Counted from the stretch's first letter, positions 1 to 8,391 are shown. The stretch is DNA of 64,000 nucleotides from a virus (IMGVR_UViG_3300045836_000008), one strand, 5' to 3'. The notes: a model not told the origin generated them from the letters alone. Translations and numbers: made by a program.

Positions 1-689
1 AAAGCTTCGATACCTTCGAGACTGTAGAAGGTATCCTTCTCGCACTGCGGGCACTTGACGGTCATCGTGTGTTTAAGGACCGGCATCGTTGCGAAGAAGC
101 GCTCGATCTTTTCGAGTTGCATCGGTTCCAGTGACGCAAGGAATGCTTGAACTTCTTCTAGCGGTTCGTCCTTGGTCGGGTGAACTTCTTCATCGGTGAA
201 CACCGTCTTGATACATTGGCAGATGGTGTCATAGACGACAGCAACGCTGTAGTTTTTGTTCAGATGGTCAAGCTGTTCGGTCGTCGGGTAATTCATCTCG
301 ACGCCAAGGTTATCGGCCAACATGATCTTCGTGCTATGGCCCGGTGTCTTGATTACTTCGACATCCTGAAGATTCAGCTTGTGTTCGTGTTGGTGATCGC
401 AGTGCTTACAGGTCAGAATCAAGTCAACGCTTTCGCCCACGGCACGCATGCGAATCTGCATGAACATGTATTCAAGGTCGAAGTTCGGAAGGTTTGCGAT
501 GTCCAGCTTGTTGAACGTACAAGTATCAACTGCATTGCGGATTGCCAGAAGGATGTCCGTGTCTGCGCCCGATAGCGCCATCAAGAGATTCTTCTGTTCG
601 CCAACAACCCACGGACGGTACTTGACCTTTTTGCCGGTTGATGGTTGCGTCAATTCATGGGTTGCTACGGTGTTGCGTGGAAGTGACAT
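1..689 (-). CDS. gp26: Baseplate hub subunit (T4 gp26-like), 3' end runs off the window
   Basis: Translated by hand, absent from the ORF track because it has no stop: MSLPRNTVATHELTQPSTGKKVKYRPWVVGEQKNLLMA ... FFATMPVLKHTMTVKCPQCEKDTFYSLEGIEAF, matching both ends of gp26-family hub proteins. Late promoter CTAAATA upstream (718-724, minus). Confidence 0.85.
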   Translation of the reverse strand, partial: MSLPRNTVATHELTQPSTGKKVKYRPWVVGEQKNLLMALSGADTDILLAIRNAVDTCTFNKLDIANLPNFDLEYMFMQIRMRAVGESVDLILTCKHCDHQHEHKLNLQDVEVIKTPGHSTKIMLADNLGVEMNYPTTEQLDHLNKNYSVAVVYDTICQCIKTVFTDEEVHPTKDEPLEEVQAFLASLEPMQLEKIERFFATMPVLKHTMTVKCPQCEKDTFYSLEGIEA

Positions 690-717
690 TGTGTTCGTCT
701 CACGGTTGAAGATTCTC

Positions 718-724
718 TATTTAG
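718..724 (-). promoter_or_regulatory. T4-type late promoter (CTAAATA) for gp26
   Basis: tatttag on plus = CTAAATA on minus, about 30 nt upstream of the gp26 ATG. Confidence 0.7.
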
Positions 725-727
725 CTG

Positions 728-756
728 TTGACATGTATTCCCAGACTTGGTAATAT
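728..756 (+). promoter_or_regulatory. sigma70-type early promoter
   Basis: TTGACA-17nt-TAATAT, followed by AGGAG RBS and ATG at 783. Confidence 0.85.
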
Positions 757-782
757 CTCTCACATCGAACAGGAGAACAGAC

Positions 783-1094
783 ATGAACGCACAACAAGCA
801 CTCGATCTGGCAACCGAACACTGCATCACCGTCACGATGGACCGCGATCTGCGCGATTGCTCGACGCTGCGCCGGATCATCGCCACGGAATTCAAGGTTG
901 GAGACTACACTATCGTGCGTGGTCGCGGTCAGAACCGCTGGTCGATCATGAACGGCAAGTCGGGCGGCACGTTCTGCTACCCGTCTGGCCCGAAGTGTGG
1001 GAAGACGATCCTGTTGCCGCGTGGTGACGCAATGCAGTTCGCCATCGAACTGACGCTCGGTCTGGAACTCACGGCTTACTCGAAGGGAGACTGA
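783..1094 (+). CDS. Hypothetical early protein
   Basis: ORF with AGGAG RBS directly after the promoter; start moved from 747 to ATG 783. Confidence 0.75.
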   Translation: MNAQQALDLATEHCITVTMDRDLRDCSTLRRIIATEFKVGDYTIVRGRGQNRWSIMNGKSGGTFCYPSGPKCGKTILLPRGDAMQFAIELTLGLELTAYSKGD

Positions 1095-1096
1095 AC

Positions 1097-1330
1097 ATGG
1101 ACTCGTTTGACGTGTATTCGTATCTCATGCGTCGCAAGCACTACGGCGAAACGCCTTCCCAAGCGCTACGGGCTGTCCGGGATGATCGCGGGTTTCCCCA
1201 CTTCCCCAAGCCGTCCGCAGATGATGTAGCGCGTGATCGAGTCTTGAAGCGTTCGCGCGATGCCATCGGTGCAAAGTGGGCTTGGCAAATTGCGTATTCG
1301 GTAGCTCGACTGGAAAACAAGGGAGCCTGA
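1097..1330 (+). CDS. Hypothetical protein
   Basis: ORF with GGGAG RBS, tightly packed in the operon. Confidence 0.7.
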   Translation: MDSFDVYSYLMRRKHYGETPSQALRAVRDDRGFPHFPKPSADDVARDRVLKRSRDAIGAKWAWQIAYSVARLENKGA

Positions 1331-1332
1331 AC

Positions 1333-1626
1333 ATGGACATCAAGGAACTGAAGGCAGCGCTGGCTTCGAAGGGCTGGTCGGAAGACGCCTACGGCCACAT
1401 GAAGAAGGAAGTGAAGTATTCGGACGGATCGCCCGACGACAAGACGCGCGTGTACCGCGTGAAGGTCCAGAAGCTTTCCGTTCGTCTGGAACGCCAGTTC
1501 ACCATCGAAGCGACGCAGTATTCGCCCGCGAAGAAGGACTGGTCGAAGGTTGACGGCGCGTACCTGAAGGACATCAAGGTACGCGAAGATGGTGGTATCG
1601 TAATCGGAAAGAAGGTAATCAAGTGA
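1333..1626 (+). CDS. Hypothetical protein
   Basis: MDIKELKAAL start with GGGAG RBS; start moved from 1276. Confidence 0.75.
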   Translation: MDIKELKAALASKGWSEDAYGHMKKEVKYSDGSPDDKTRVYRVKVQKLSVRLERQFTIEATQYSPAKKDWSKVDGAYLKDIKVREDGGIVIGKKVIK

Positions 1627-1835
1627 AATACGCAGAACTCGCCACGGACCTGATGTTCTCGAAGGTCGTCGTGGCGGAAATCCCGGCCAAGTACGGCCTT
1701 CAGTTCCGCAAGGGCAAAGACGCCACGGACATCACCAACGCCCGGTCCAAGGCTGTGAAGAACGGTCACGGCAAGGTGGAATTCGAACTCTCGATGCTCG
1801 AAGTCTACTTGAAGGACGTGTTGAAAAGGGCTTGA
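1623..1835 (+). CDS. Hypothetical protein
   Basis: GTGA overlap coupling with the upstream ORF. Confidence 0.7.
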   Translation: MKYAELATDLMFSKVVVAEIPAKYGLQFRKGKDATDITNARSKAVKNGHGKVEFELSMLEVYLKDVLKRA

Positions 1836-1860
1836 CAGGCCATTCCCAAGTCTGTATGAT
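1832..1860 (+). promoter_or_regulatory. sigma70-type early promoter
   Basis: TTGACA-17nt-TATGAT with ATTCCCA in the spacer. Confidence 0.85.
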
Positions 1861-1893
1861 CCTTCACATCAATAACGAACTTGGGAGTGAAAC

Positions 1894-2259
1894 ATGGACT
1901 TTAAGACGAACGTGCGTGACTTCATGCCGCATCTCGAAACGCAAGTCATCGAGTTCCAGTTGCATTTTCCGGTGCAGGACTTCGCGAACATCCTGAAGGA
2001 AGTCGAAGAACGTCTCTGCTACGAGACGGGCGCATTGTTCACTGCACTGTACCGCGAAATCGAAGACCGAATCAAGGTCTTTGGCCCCATCAAGACGACG
2101 ATGGTGTACGACGAAATCTTCATCGGCGTGGACTGCGCGGATCGACCCTTCGAGTGGAAGCAAATCCGTGACGCCGTGGCCGAATCGTGCCGCATCTTCT
2201 GGAACCGCTACAACCTGCACGCCACGAAGGAAGTGAAGGGCGCGCATGGCGGCTCTTGA
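1894..2259 (+). CDS. Hypothetical protein
   Basis: ORF with GGGAG RBS after the promoter. Confidence 0.75.
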   Translation: MDFKTNVRDFMPHLETQVIEFQLHFPVQDFANILKEVEERLCYETGALFTALYREIEDRIKVFGPIKTTMVYDEIFIGVDCADRPFEWKQIRDAVAESCRIFWNRYNLHATKEVKGAHGGS

Positions 2260-2285
2260 CAAGAATTCCCACAACTGAACTACAA

Positions 2286-2612
2286 ATGAAGAAAATTGCA
2301 TTGCTGGCCGCGCTAGTCGCGGCTTTGAATCTCGCTGCATGTAGCGATTCCGACCGGTCGTCCGGGTACGTGGTTCCGGCCACGGCTGGTGCGATCTTCC
2401 AAGATGTCGGCACGAACCCGGCTGACGGCTGCACCACGGTGCGCTTCTTCCGGGCCACACCGGGCGGTATCCCGGATGATCGCGGGTACTACACCCGATG
2501 CCCGAACACACCGGCCAACAAGCCGGTCGTGACGCAGCACGAAGAGAACTGCGGCAAGAACTGTACCCGCACTGTCACTGTCTCGACGCTCGGTATCCCC
2601 GATCAGAAGTAG
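2286..2612 (+). CDS. Putative lipoprotein
   Basis: MKKIALLAALVAALNLAAC: basic N-terminus, hydrophobic core and LAAC lipobox; Cys-containing mature part. Confidence 0.75.
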   Translation: MKKIALLAALVAALNLAACSDSDRSSGYVVPATAGAIFQDVGTNPADGCTTVRFFRATPGGIPDDRGYYTRCPNTPANKPVVTQHEENCGKNCTRTVTVSTLGIPDQK

Positions 2613-2669
2613 GTTGACGCGGCGCAGCAGCGAATTTAAGATCGAGAACTTCATACCCTTGGAGCGAAC

Positions 2670-2891
2670 ATGGGAGACCTGTCCCCTAATTTCATGAAGT
2701 TCTCGAATCCGCGCGAGTTCGTTTCCCACGTCTGGGAAACATCCCAGAAGAACGCTGCTGCACGCCAGTACATCGTCGGCGTGATCGACGCCTTGCGATG
2801 GTCCCATGCCATCACGGTCAAGGACTACACCGAACTGTACGAACGGTATGTGTTTGGTCATGGACAGGACGGCACACCGTGTTCATCGTAG
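2670..2891 (+). CDS. Hypothetical protein
   Basis: ORF with GGAG RBS. Confidence 0.65.
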   Translation: MGDLSPNFMKFSNPREFVSHVWETSQKNAAARQYIVGVIDALRWSHAITVKDYTELYERYVFGHGQDGTPCSS

Positions 2892-3031
2892 ACCAATACT
2901 GGTCAGAGTTTGATGAAGCGTTTGTCATCGCCGCACTACAGGAATGTATGCGGATTTTGGCACATGATTTCTTCCTTCTCGATGACTACACAGACTTTCA
3001 TGACCAGATGCGGGCATACTTGAACAAATAA
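2879..3031 (+). CDS. Small hypothetical protein
   Basis: GTG start overlapping the upstream stop region; fills the gap before the next promoter. Confidence 0.45.
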   Translation: MFIVDQYWSEFDEAFVIAALQECMRILAHDFFLLDDYTDFHDQMRAYLNK

Positions 3032-3044
3032 TCACGTTTGGGAG

Positions 3045-3073
3045 TTGACAAGGTATTTCCGCGTCTGTAAGAT
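3045..3073 (+). promoter_or_regulatory. sigma70-type early promoter
   Basis: TTGACA-17nt-TAAGAT, then AAGGAG RBS. Confidence 0.85.
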
Positions 3074-3106
3074 TCTTCCATCGACAACGAACAAGGAGTG
3101 CAGACC

Positions 3107-3544
3107 ATGAAACTTGGAACCCAAACTGGTAGCTTCGTCAACCACATCTACAGCAATGCAGTCATCGGCCAACCGGAACCGGTCGTCGGTATGGGCTGCA
3201 CCATCTTGTCGTGGACCGACCGTTACGCCGGGACCATCGTGGCCGTGGAAAAGCCCGCGAAGGGCGGTATGATGGTCCACGTGACCCGCGATGATTCGAA
3301 GGTCGTCAAGGGTTCGGCGCACGATGGCAGTGCCGAATACGAATACACGTCGAACATAAATGCGCCGCGCTATACGTTCCAACAGGACGAAAATGGCCGC
3401 TGGATCGAGAAGTACCAGAAGGCGCTTGAATGGGACGATGAAGGCAACGTGACGAAGCGTTCGTCGCGCTGGTCGAAGATCAGCGGTGGCGGCAAGGGTC
3501 TGCGGATCGGTGAACGCGAAGAATATCGCGACCCTTCGTTCTAA
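3107..3544 (+). CDS. Conserved phage hypothetical protein (GMGCTILSWTDRYAGTI motif)
   Basis: Motif recalled from small early proteins of large phages; AAGGAG RBS. Confidence 0.75.
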   Translation: MKLGTQTGSFVNHIYSNAVIGQPEPVVGMGCTILSWTDRYAGTIVAVEKPAKGGMMVHVTRDDSKVVKGSAHDGSAEYEYTSNINAPRYTFQQDENGRWIEKYQKALEWDDEGNVTKRSSRWSKISGGGKGLRIGEREEYRDPSF

Positions 3545-3563
3545 AGAAAAACAGGTCTGGGAG

Positions 3564-3592
3564 TTGACAACGAATTCCCAGACCTGTATGAT
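3564..3592 (+). promoter_or_regulatory. sigma70-type early promoter inside a 12-bp inverted repeat
   Basis: TTGACA-17nt-TATGAT; arms acaggtctggga (3551-3562) and tcccagacctgt (3576-3587). Confidence 0.85.
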
Positions 3593-3622
3593 TCTCTTCA
3601 TCGACATAACGGAGTGATTGAC

Positions 3623-3970
3623 ATGAACGCACCGATCCCGCAAATCTACTCAGTCATGATGTGGACCAAGAACGACGATGGTACGTGGAAGGTGGACTGC
3701 CATTACGTCGCGGGCCATAGCAGTGCCGATGCCGAAGAACGCATCAAGGCCACGAATGGCGACTTTCTGACGGGCATCTGCTTCATCAACACTGACCTGT
3801 TCATGGAAGAGTATCCGCAACCGGCGCGCATGTATGCGACACGCATGCGCAATGATGATGCAGTGTCAGAACACGAATTTATCAAATGGAAGAAGCGGTC
3901 ACTTCACGAACAGTGGAATGACGGGGACATCTTCCCGCCCGCGTTTCGTGGAATCAAAGTAAAGAAGTAA
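3623..3970 (+). CDS. Hypothetical protein
   Basis: ORF with GGAG RBS after the promoter. Confidence 0.7.
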   Translation: MNAPIPQIYSVMMWTKNDDGTWKVDCHYVAGHSSADAEERIKATNGDFLTGICFINTDLFMEEYPQPARMYATRMRNDDAVSEHEFIKWKKRSLHEQWNDGDIFPPAFRGIKVKK

Positions 3971-3976
3971 ATGCAG

Positions 3977-4005
3977 TAGACATGCTGGAAGTGAACCGGT
4001 AAGCT
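3977..4005 (+). promoter_or_regulatory. Probable sigma70 promoter overlapping a 10-bp inverted repeat
   Basis: TAGACA-17nt-TAAGCT; arms gtgaaccggt (3991-4000) and accggttcac (4010-4019). Confidence 0.6.
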
Positions 4006-4035
4006 GAATACCGGTTCACAACGGAGAAGGTAAAG

Positions 4036-4266
4036 ATGACTCGTCGCAATCCCCACGGCATTTCGCAAGCTTTGCAACGTCTGTTTGACTATCCGGCTGG
4101 CACCCGAATAGAAGTGGCTGGAAGGAAATTTTACCGTCTCGCACTTGGTTCATTCTGGCGAGAAGATATTGGCGATGTTGAACATCACCCGTCGCGAACA
4201 TGCCTGTTCATTCGCAACGTTGAAATCATCTATAACGAACGGCACAAGGTTATAAGACGACTATGA
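4036..4266 (+). CDS. Hypothetical protein
   Basis: ORF with GGAG/AAGG RBS. Confidence 0.65.
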   Translation: MTRRNPHGISQALQRLFDYPAGTRIEVAGRKFYRLALGSFWREDIGDVEHHPSRTCLFIRNVEIIYNERHKVIRRL

Positions 4267-4448
4267 AATACACACCCGCACAACTTCAAGCAATGGCCGT
4301 TCAATTCCTGATGCACGAAACGATGAACGACCCACGCTGTCAGCAATTTAAAGAACGCATGTGGGCGCAACACGGCTTTCCGCATCACGTGACCACGCAA
4401 CGGATTCACGAACTCGCGATGGGCCAGAACGTCCGCGCCGCAGCTTAA
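4263..4448 (+). CDS. Hypothetical protein
   Basis: ATGA overlap coupling. Confidence 0.65.
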   Translation: MKYTPAQLQAMAVQFLMHETMNDPRCQQFKERMWAQHGFPHHVTTQRIHELAMGQNVRAAA

Positions 4449-5269
4449 AGATTGATGGGACTGATCGAAGTAGTCAGCCCGTACTTCTGCGCGATGCCAG
4501 TAAGTGCCGTCGCGCGTGAGTTTATCGCATCTGATAGGCTCTTCTTCACGTCGCCGCCAAGATTCGCGGACTTCGCATTCTGGGCGGCGCTCACTTGTCG
4601 ATAATACTCGACCAAGTTGCACGACCACTTCCGATAGCCATACGTCACCTGAAAACGCTGGAACTCGCTAGAGTGCTGGTTCGCGTTCATGGATGACACG
4701 GCCTTCGGGAACGCATCGGTCAAAGACACGGTATAGACAACCATATCTGTCCGGTCTAGTTGCGACAATTCAATCTTCGTGGTGTAGGTGTCGGGATAGG
4801 CAACCGTCTGGGTTGTCGTGTCCACGATGCTACTGATCCACGCGTCAAACATTCCCTTGATGTTCATGTCGCGGTCGCACAGGTATGTGACCGTGATTCC
4901 ATGCTCGCCGCCGTAATCCGCAGCTACAGGCATCGGCTGCGGCGCACCGAACGTATGCCGGTTCTTCGTGATGATGTTCAAGGCCGGGAACTGTACTGAC
5001 TCGATGCGGATGTTGGCCCGCTGCGCGTACTGTTGCCAAGTCGTTCCGGCCAGACACTTCGGTGATGTCACCGTCATGTCGAACCGGTTCTCTGACGCAT
5101 TTCCCTTGCCGAGAACTTCGCCCTTGAACGAATCAAGGGTTGCATATGACTTGTTGAAACCGTTCGACTTCTCATGCCCGAAGCCAAAAGCCCCAACAAT
5201 GGCGTTTTCCACGCCGCTGACGGCCCCGTTAAGGGCGTTGATAGGTAGGATACTGTCGAACAGTGACAT
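4445..5269 (-). CDS. gp54: Baseplate-tail tube initiator (T4 gp54-like)
   Basis: Tube-like motifs TVTYLCDRDMNIKGMFDAWISSIV, YPDTYTTKIELSQLDR, FQVTYGYRKW; located next to gp2/gp4/gp48. Confidence 0.7.
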   Translation of the reverse strand: MSLFDSILPINALNGAVSGVENAIVGAFGFGHEKSNGFNKSYATLDSFKGEVLGKGNASENRFDMTVTSPKCLAGTTWQQYAQRANIRIESVQFPALNIITKNRHTFGAPQPMPVAADYGGEHGITVTYLCDRDMNIKGMFDAWISSIVDTTTQTVAYPDTYTTKIELSQLDRTDMVVYTVSLTDAFPKAVSSMNANQHSSEFQRFQVTYGYRKWSCNLVEYYRQVSAAQNAKSANLGGDVKKSLSDAINSRATALTGIAQKYGLTTSISPINL

Positions 5270-5272
5270 GGC

Positions 5273-5872
5273 TTAGACCCGTTGTTTTGCGTCGTGCCAG
5301 ACGCGTTGTTTGCTGGCTTTCTGGAACTGTTCAATCGGCAGTAGCGCGACCATCGGCCACGATGACGAAGGGATTTCCAAGAAGCGTGATTCAAGACCAT
5401 CATCTTTGTACAGCTTGAACGCAAAATCCGCACCCAAGTTCTTTGCCTTCGACAGACGCATGAGAATGTCGTATGTCAGCTTCAGACGTGTCGTTGCGTC
5501 GAATCGATCGTTATTGGCAAGATCGTAAAGGTTCGCGAGAAGGCGCAAGCGCATCGGCGGCGGAAGATAGTGCAGGTTCAAACCGTACCAGTATTTGTGC
5601 CCGTTCTTCGTGAACTTGTCGATGTAGAAGATGCACGGAAACTTGTCCCAATACGGCAAGTCTTCCTTAGTCACCGCATCGTAGTGATACAGGTACATAC
5701 GACCCGGAACCGGCGCAACGGTCAAGCGTGTCGTGTTACCCATCAACGCCTTTGGTTGATAGGATGCGCGTGCAAGCGTCTTGATCTGCATGTTGAACCA
5801 GTCAAGGGACTGGCGCATGTTGGCCTTAGTGACCTTCAGCTTGTCGAATGGGTTGGGTGCTTTCGTTGCCAC
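5273..5872 (-). CDS. gp2: DNA end protector protein
   Basis: YDAVTKEDLPYWDKFPCIF and GLNLHYLPP motifs typical of gp2. Confidence 0.9.
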   Translation of the reverse strand: MATKAPNPFDKLKVTKANMRQSLDWFNMQIKTLARASYQPKALMGNTTRLTVAPVPGRMYLYHYDAVTKEDLPYWDKFPCIFYIDKFTKNGHKYWYGLNLHYLPPPMRLRLLANLYDLANNDRFDATTRLKLTYDILMRLSKAKNLGADFAFKLYKDDGLESRFLEIPSSSWPMVALLPIEQFQKASKQRVWHDAKQRV

Positions 5873-5899
5873 GTTGATTCGGGAAAAGATGGTACGAGA

Positions 5900-5906
5900 T
5901 ATTTAG
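5900..5906 (-). promoter_or_regulatory. Late promoter (CTAAATA) for gp2/gp54
   Basis: tatttag on plus, about 30 nt upstream of the gp2 start. Confidence 0.7.
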
Positions 5907-5956
5907 CTCTTGTCCGCAATGACAGTCGTTACGCAGACAATGACCGTTATTACGGA

Positions 5957-6409
5957 CTACTTGATGCCTAGCTCTTTCTCGGTCAAGATGATGAACTTGT
6001 ATCCCTTGCGCTGGCAGAACTTCGTAGCCGCTTCCCACTTTGCTTCATTGGTCGCGAACATGATGCACTCTTCGAGATACTTCTTGGACTTGCGGGTTGG
6101 TGTCGTTGGTTTCTGCGTGAACTTCTTTGGCTTGATTTCCGCAAGGTAGGTAGTGGTCGTGCCGTCCTTGTTGCGGATCGTGAACTTCAGGTCTACGAAG
6201 TATCGGTGAATCTGACCATCGACCGGTGACTTGTACGGGATGATGGTTTCTTCGCTCGACCAGACCAGAACGTTGTCGCGAGTGTCGCACCAGTTGAATG
6301 CCTTCAATTCCCACGACGAACGATAAGTAATGTTGTGGATGTCTCCCCGGTACTTTGCCGGATTACGGGGTTTCCACTTCCCCCTATACGCATTTGCGCC
6401 GTATGCCAT
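5957..6409 (-). CDS. gp4: Head completion protein (TnsA-like nuclease fold)
   Basis: YRSSWELKAFNWCD, WSSEETIIPYKSPVDGQIHRYFVD, ILTEKELGI; start set at ATG 6409. Confidence 0.9.
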   Translation of the reverse strand: MAYGANAYRGKWKPRNPAKYRGDIHNITYRSSWELKAFNWCDTRDNVLVWSSEETIIPYKSPVDGQIHRYFVDLKFTIRNKDGTTTTYLAEIKPKKFTQKPTTPTRKSKKYLEECIMFATNEAKWEAATKFCQRKGYKFIILTEKELGIK

Positions 6410-6415
6410 ACGTTC

Positions 6416-6446
6416 CACCTAAATATTGGATATTCCTATTTAGGTG
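6416..6446. promoter_or_regulatory. Face-to-face pair of late promoters forming a 10-bp inverted repeat
   Basis: cacctaaata-11nt-tatttaggtg; CTAAATA on plus at 6419-6425 and on minus at 6437-6443. Confidence 0.75.
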
Positions 6447-6453
6447 ACGCACC

Positions 6454-7626
6454 ATGTCTATCCTATCCACTGTCGAAAACGCAATCACTTCACACATTCC
6501 GAATCTCGGAAATCTGAAGGGCACTGCCACGTCCAATGTTGACAAGTTCAAGACACCCGTCGCGGCATCGCAGGATCGAAGCATCGGCAACTTCATGTAC
6601 CCTTCGAACCTGACGGTCGATCCCGATGAACAACATTGGGTGACGTTCTATATCAACGTCCGTGGCAAGTCGAAGATCGCGCAAGACAAGTCTAAACTCG
6701 TCACACCGGGACAGGCCGTTCCGCTGAATGGCGAGAATCGCATCGACCCGGCGCTGATGGCACAGGGCAACGATGTTGCTGGCGCTGTTGCTGGCGCAAA
6801 AAAGGCCGTAGGCGCGCTTGACAAGTACAACATAGGCCGTAAGGTTGGTGCGATCAGCCAAGCCCGTTCTGGCGGCTCTAAATCGGGCCTTGGGGCATCC
6901 GCAATCACTTACGGTCTGGCGGCTGTTGGTGGTGCTGTTGGTGGTGCTGTTGCAACCGACTTTCTGGTTAAACCCGATGTGACCTACCGACTGAAGGATT
7001 GCATCTCACTGCATGTATCACAGTCGCCGTCAGCGCACTACAGCGCGGACTATGACATCGTGAACATGGGGTCTTTGCAGGGCTTCTTTGACGGGTCGTC
7101 ATCGGCAGTGGACGGCGCTGAAAGCATGAAGATGGGACTGGACCAGTTCAAGGAGTTCGCGCGGGCGGCTGCATTCAACGCTGCTTCGAAGGACGACTCT
7201 CTTTCTGCTAGGATGGGTGCAGTAGCAAAGCAGTCATTGAACCCGTACCGCGAAGTGCTATTCAAGCAGGTTGGCTATCGTCGTTTCGGCTTCGACTACC
7301 GGTTCCTGCCAAAGAGTCAAGCCGAGACGGATCAGGTGCAGAAGATCATTCAGACCTTCAAATATCACATGCACCCTGAACTGTCGAATCAAGGTCTGTT
7401 CTACATTCACCCTTCTGAGTTCAACATTCAGTATTACTACAAGGGTAAAGAGAACAATTACTTCAACAAAATCTCAACATGCGCGCTGGTCGATATGCAC
7501 GTCCAGTATGGTCCGCAAGAACAGTTCTCGTCATTCGCAGATGGCGCACCGACCGAAATTTCGTTGCACCTTGTATTCCAAGAACTCGAAACGCTGACCA
7601 AAGAACGCATTCTGAAAGGCTACTAA
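6454..7626 (+). CDS. gp48: Baseplate tail-tube cap (T4 gp48-like)
   Basis: NPYREVLFKQVGYRRFGFDYRFLPKS, IIQTFKYHMHP, FQELETLTK. Confidence 0.85.
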   Translation: MSILSTVENAITSHIPNLGNLKGTATSNVDKFKTPVAASQDRSIGNFMYPSNLTVDPDEQHWVTFYINVRGKSKIAQDKSKLVTPGQAVPLNGENRIDPALMAQGNDVAGAVAGAKKAVGALDKYNIGRKVGAISQARSGGSKSGLGASAITYGLAAVGGAVGGAVATDFLVKPDVTYRLKDCISLHVSQSPSAHYSADYDIVNMGSLQGFFDGSSSAVDGAESMKMGLDQFKEFARAAAFNAASKDDSLSARMGAVAKQSLNPYREVLFKQVGYRRFGFDYRFLPKSQAETDQVQKIIQTFKYHMHPELSNQGLFYIHPSEFNIQYYYKGKENNYFNKISTCALVDMHVQYGPQEQFSSFADGAPTEISLHLVFQELETLTKERILKGY

Positions 7627-7880
7627 TGAAACAAGTCCTGTACTTTTCCGCACCGTGGTGTGCGCCGTGTCAGTCGTTTGCCCCGCAGTTCGCACAGGTG
7701 ATGGCCGACATCCAAAACGTGTCGTATGAGAAGGTCAACATCGACCAAGACTTCGAGAAGGCACGTGCGTATGGCGTGCGTGCTATCCCGACCATCGTGA
7801 TTCTTGAAGACGACAAAGAGCTTGCACGGCTTGCTGGCGCGAACGTCAATAAAGCAACGCTTGAACAGAAACTAAGCTAA
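7626..7880 (+). CDS. Thioredoxin-like protein
   Basis: LYFSAPWCAPCQ active site (WCxxC) and YGVRAIPT cis-Pro motif; start ATG 7626 coupled by TAATG. Confidence 0.9.
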   Translation: MKQVLYFSAPWCAPCQSFAPQFAQVMADIQNVSYEKVNIDQDFEKARAYGVRAIPTIVILEDDKELARLAGANVNKATLEQKLS

Positions 7881-7881
7881 C

Positions 7882-8391
7882 ATGACTACAGCCTACTTCG
7901 ATCAGTTCCCCAAGGTCTACTACACGTTCGACAACATCACTGCCACGTTGGTTACGAACTTCATGGCACGTGTGCAGATTTCGGATGCACTGAAGTCGAA
8001 CGTTGTGCTGTACAGCCCCTACACCATCATTGATGGCGAGACACCGGAGATGGTAGCGGATAAGATGTATGGTGATCCTTCGCTTCATTGGGTCATTCTT
8101 CTGACGAACGAAATCATCGATCCGCGCTACGATTGGTGTCTCTCGCAACAACACCTGTATTCGTATGTTCAACAGACCTATGGCAGCGATCCATCACAGG
8201 TCTACGGCACGCATCACTACGTGGACCCGAACAGCGGCTTGATCGTTGATTCGAACTTCCCCGGCGCAGTGTCGGTGTCGAACTTCGAGTACGAAGATCA
8301 GTTGAACGAAAAGAAGCGAATCATCAAGATTCTGAACCCGTCTCTATTGAACGAGTTCATCACCGAATTTAAGAACGCGATGGCAGCATGA
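7882..8391 (+). CDS. gp53: Baseplate wedge subunit
   Basis: YFDQFPKVYY, GETPEMVADKMYGDPSLHWVILLTNEIIDP, NEKKRIIKIL. Confidence 0.92.
   Translation: MTTAYFDQFPKVYYTFDNITATLVTNFMARVQISDALKSNVVLYSPYTIIDGETPEMVADKMYGDPSLHWVILLTNEIIDPRYDWCLSQQHLYSYVQQTYGSDPSQVYGTHHYVDPNSGLIVDSNFPGAVSVSNFEYEDQLNEKKRIIKILNPSLLNEFITEFKNAMAA

Noticed and set aside
5957-6409. TnsA-like nuclease as evidence of a transposon or homing endonuclease
   Set aside because: Sequence and position match core T4-like gp4 head completion protein; no terminal repeats or transposition genes
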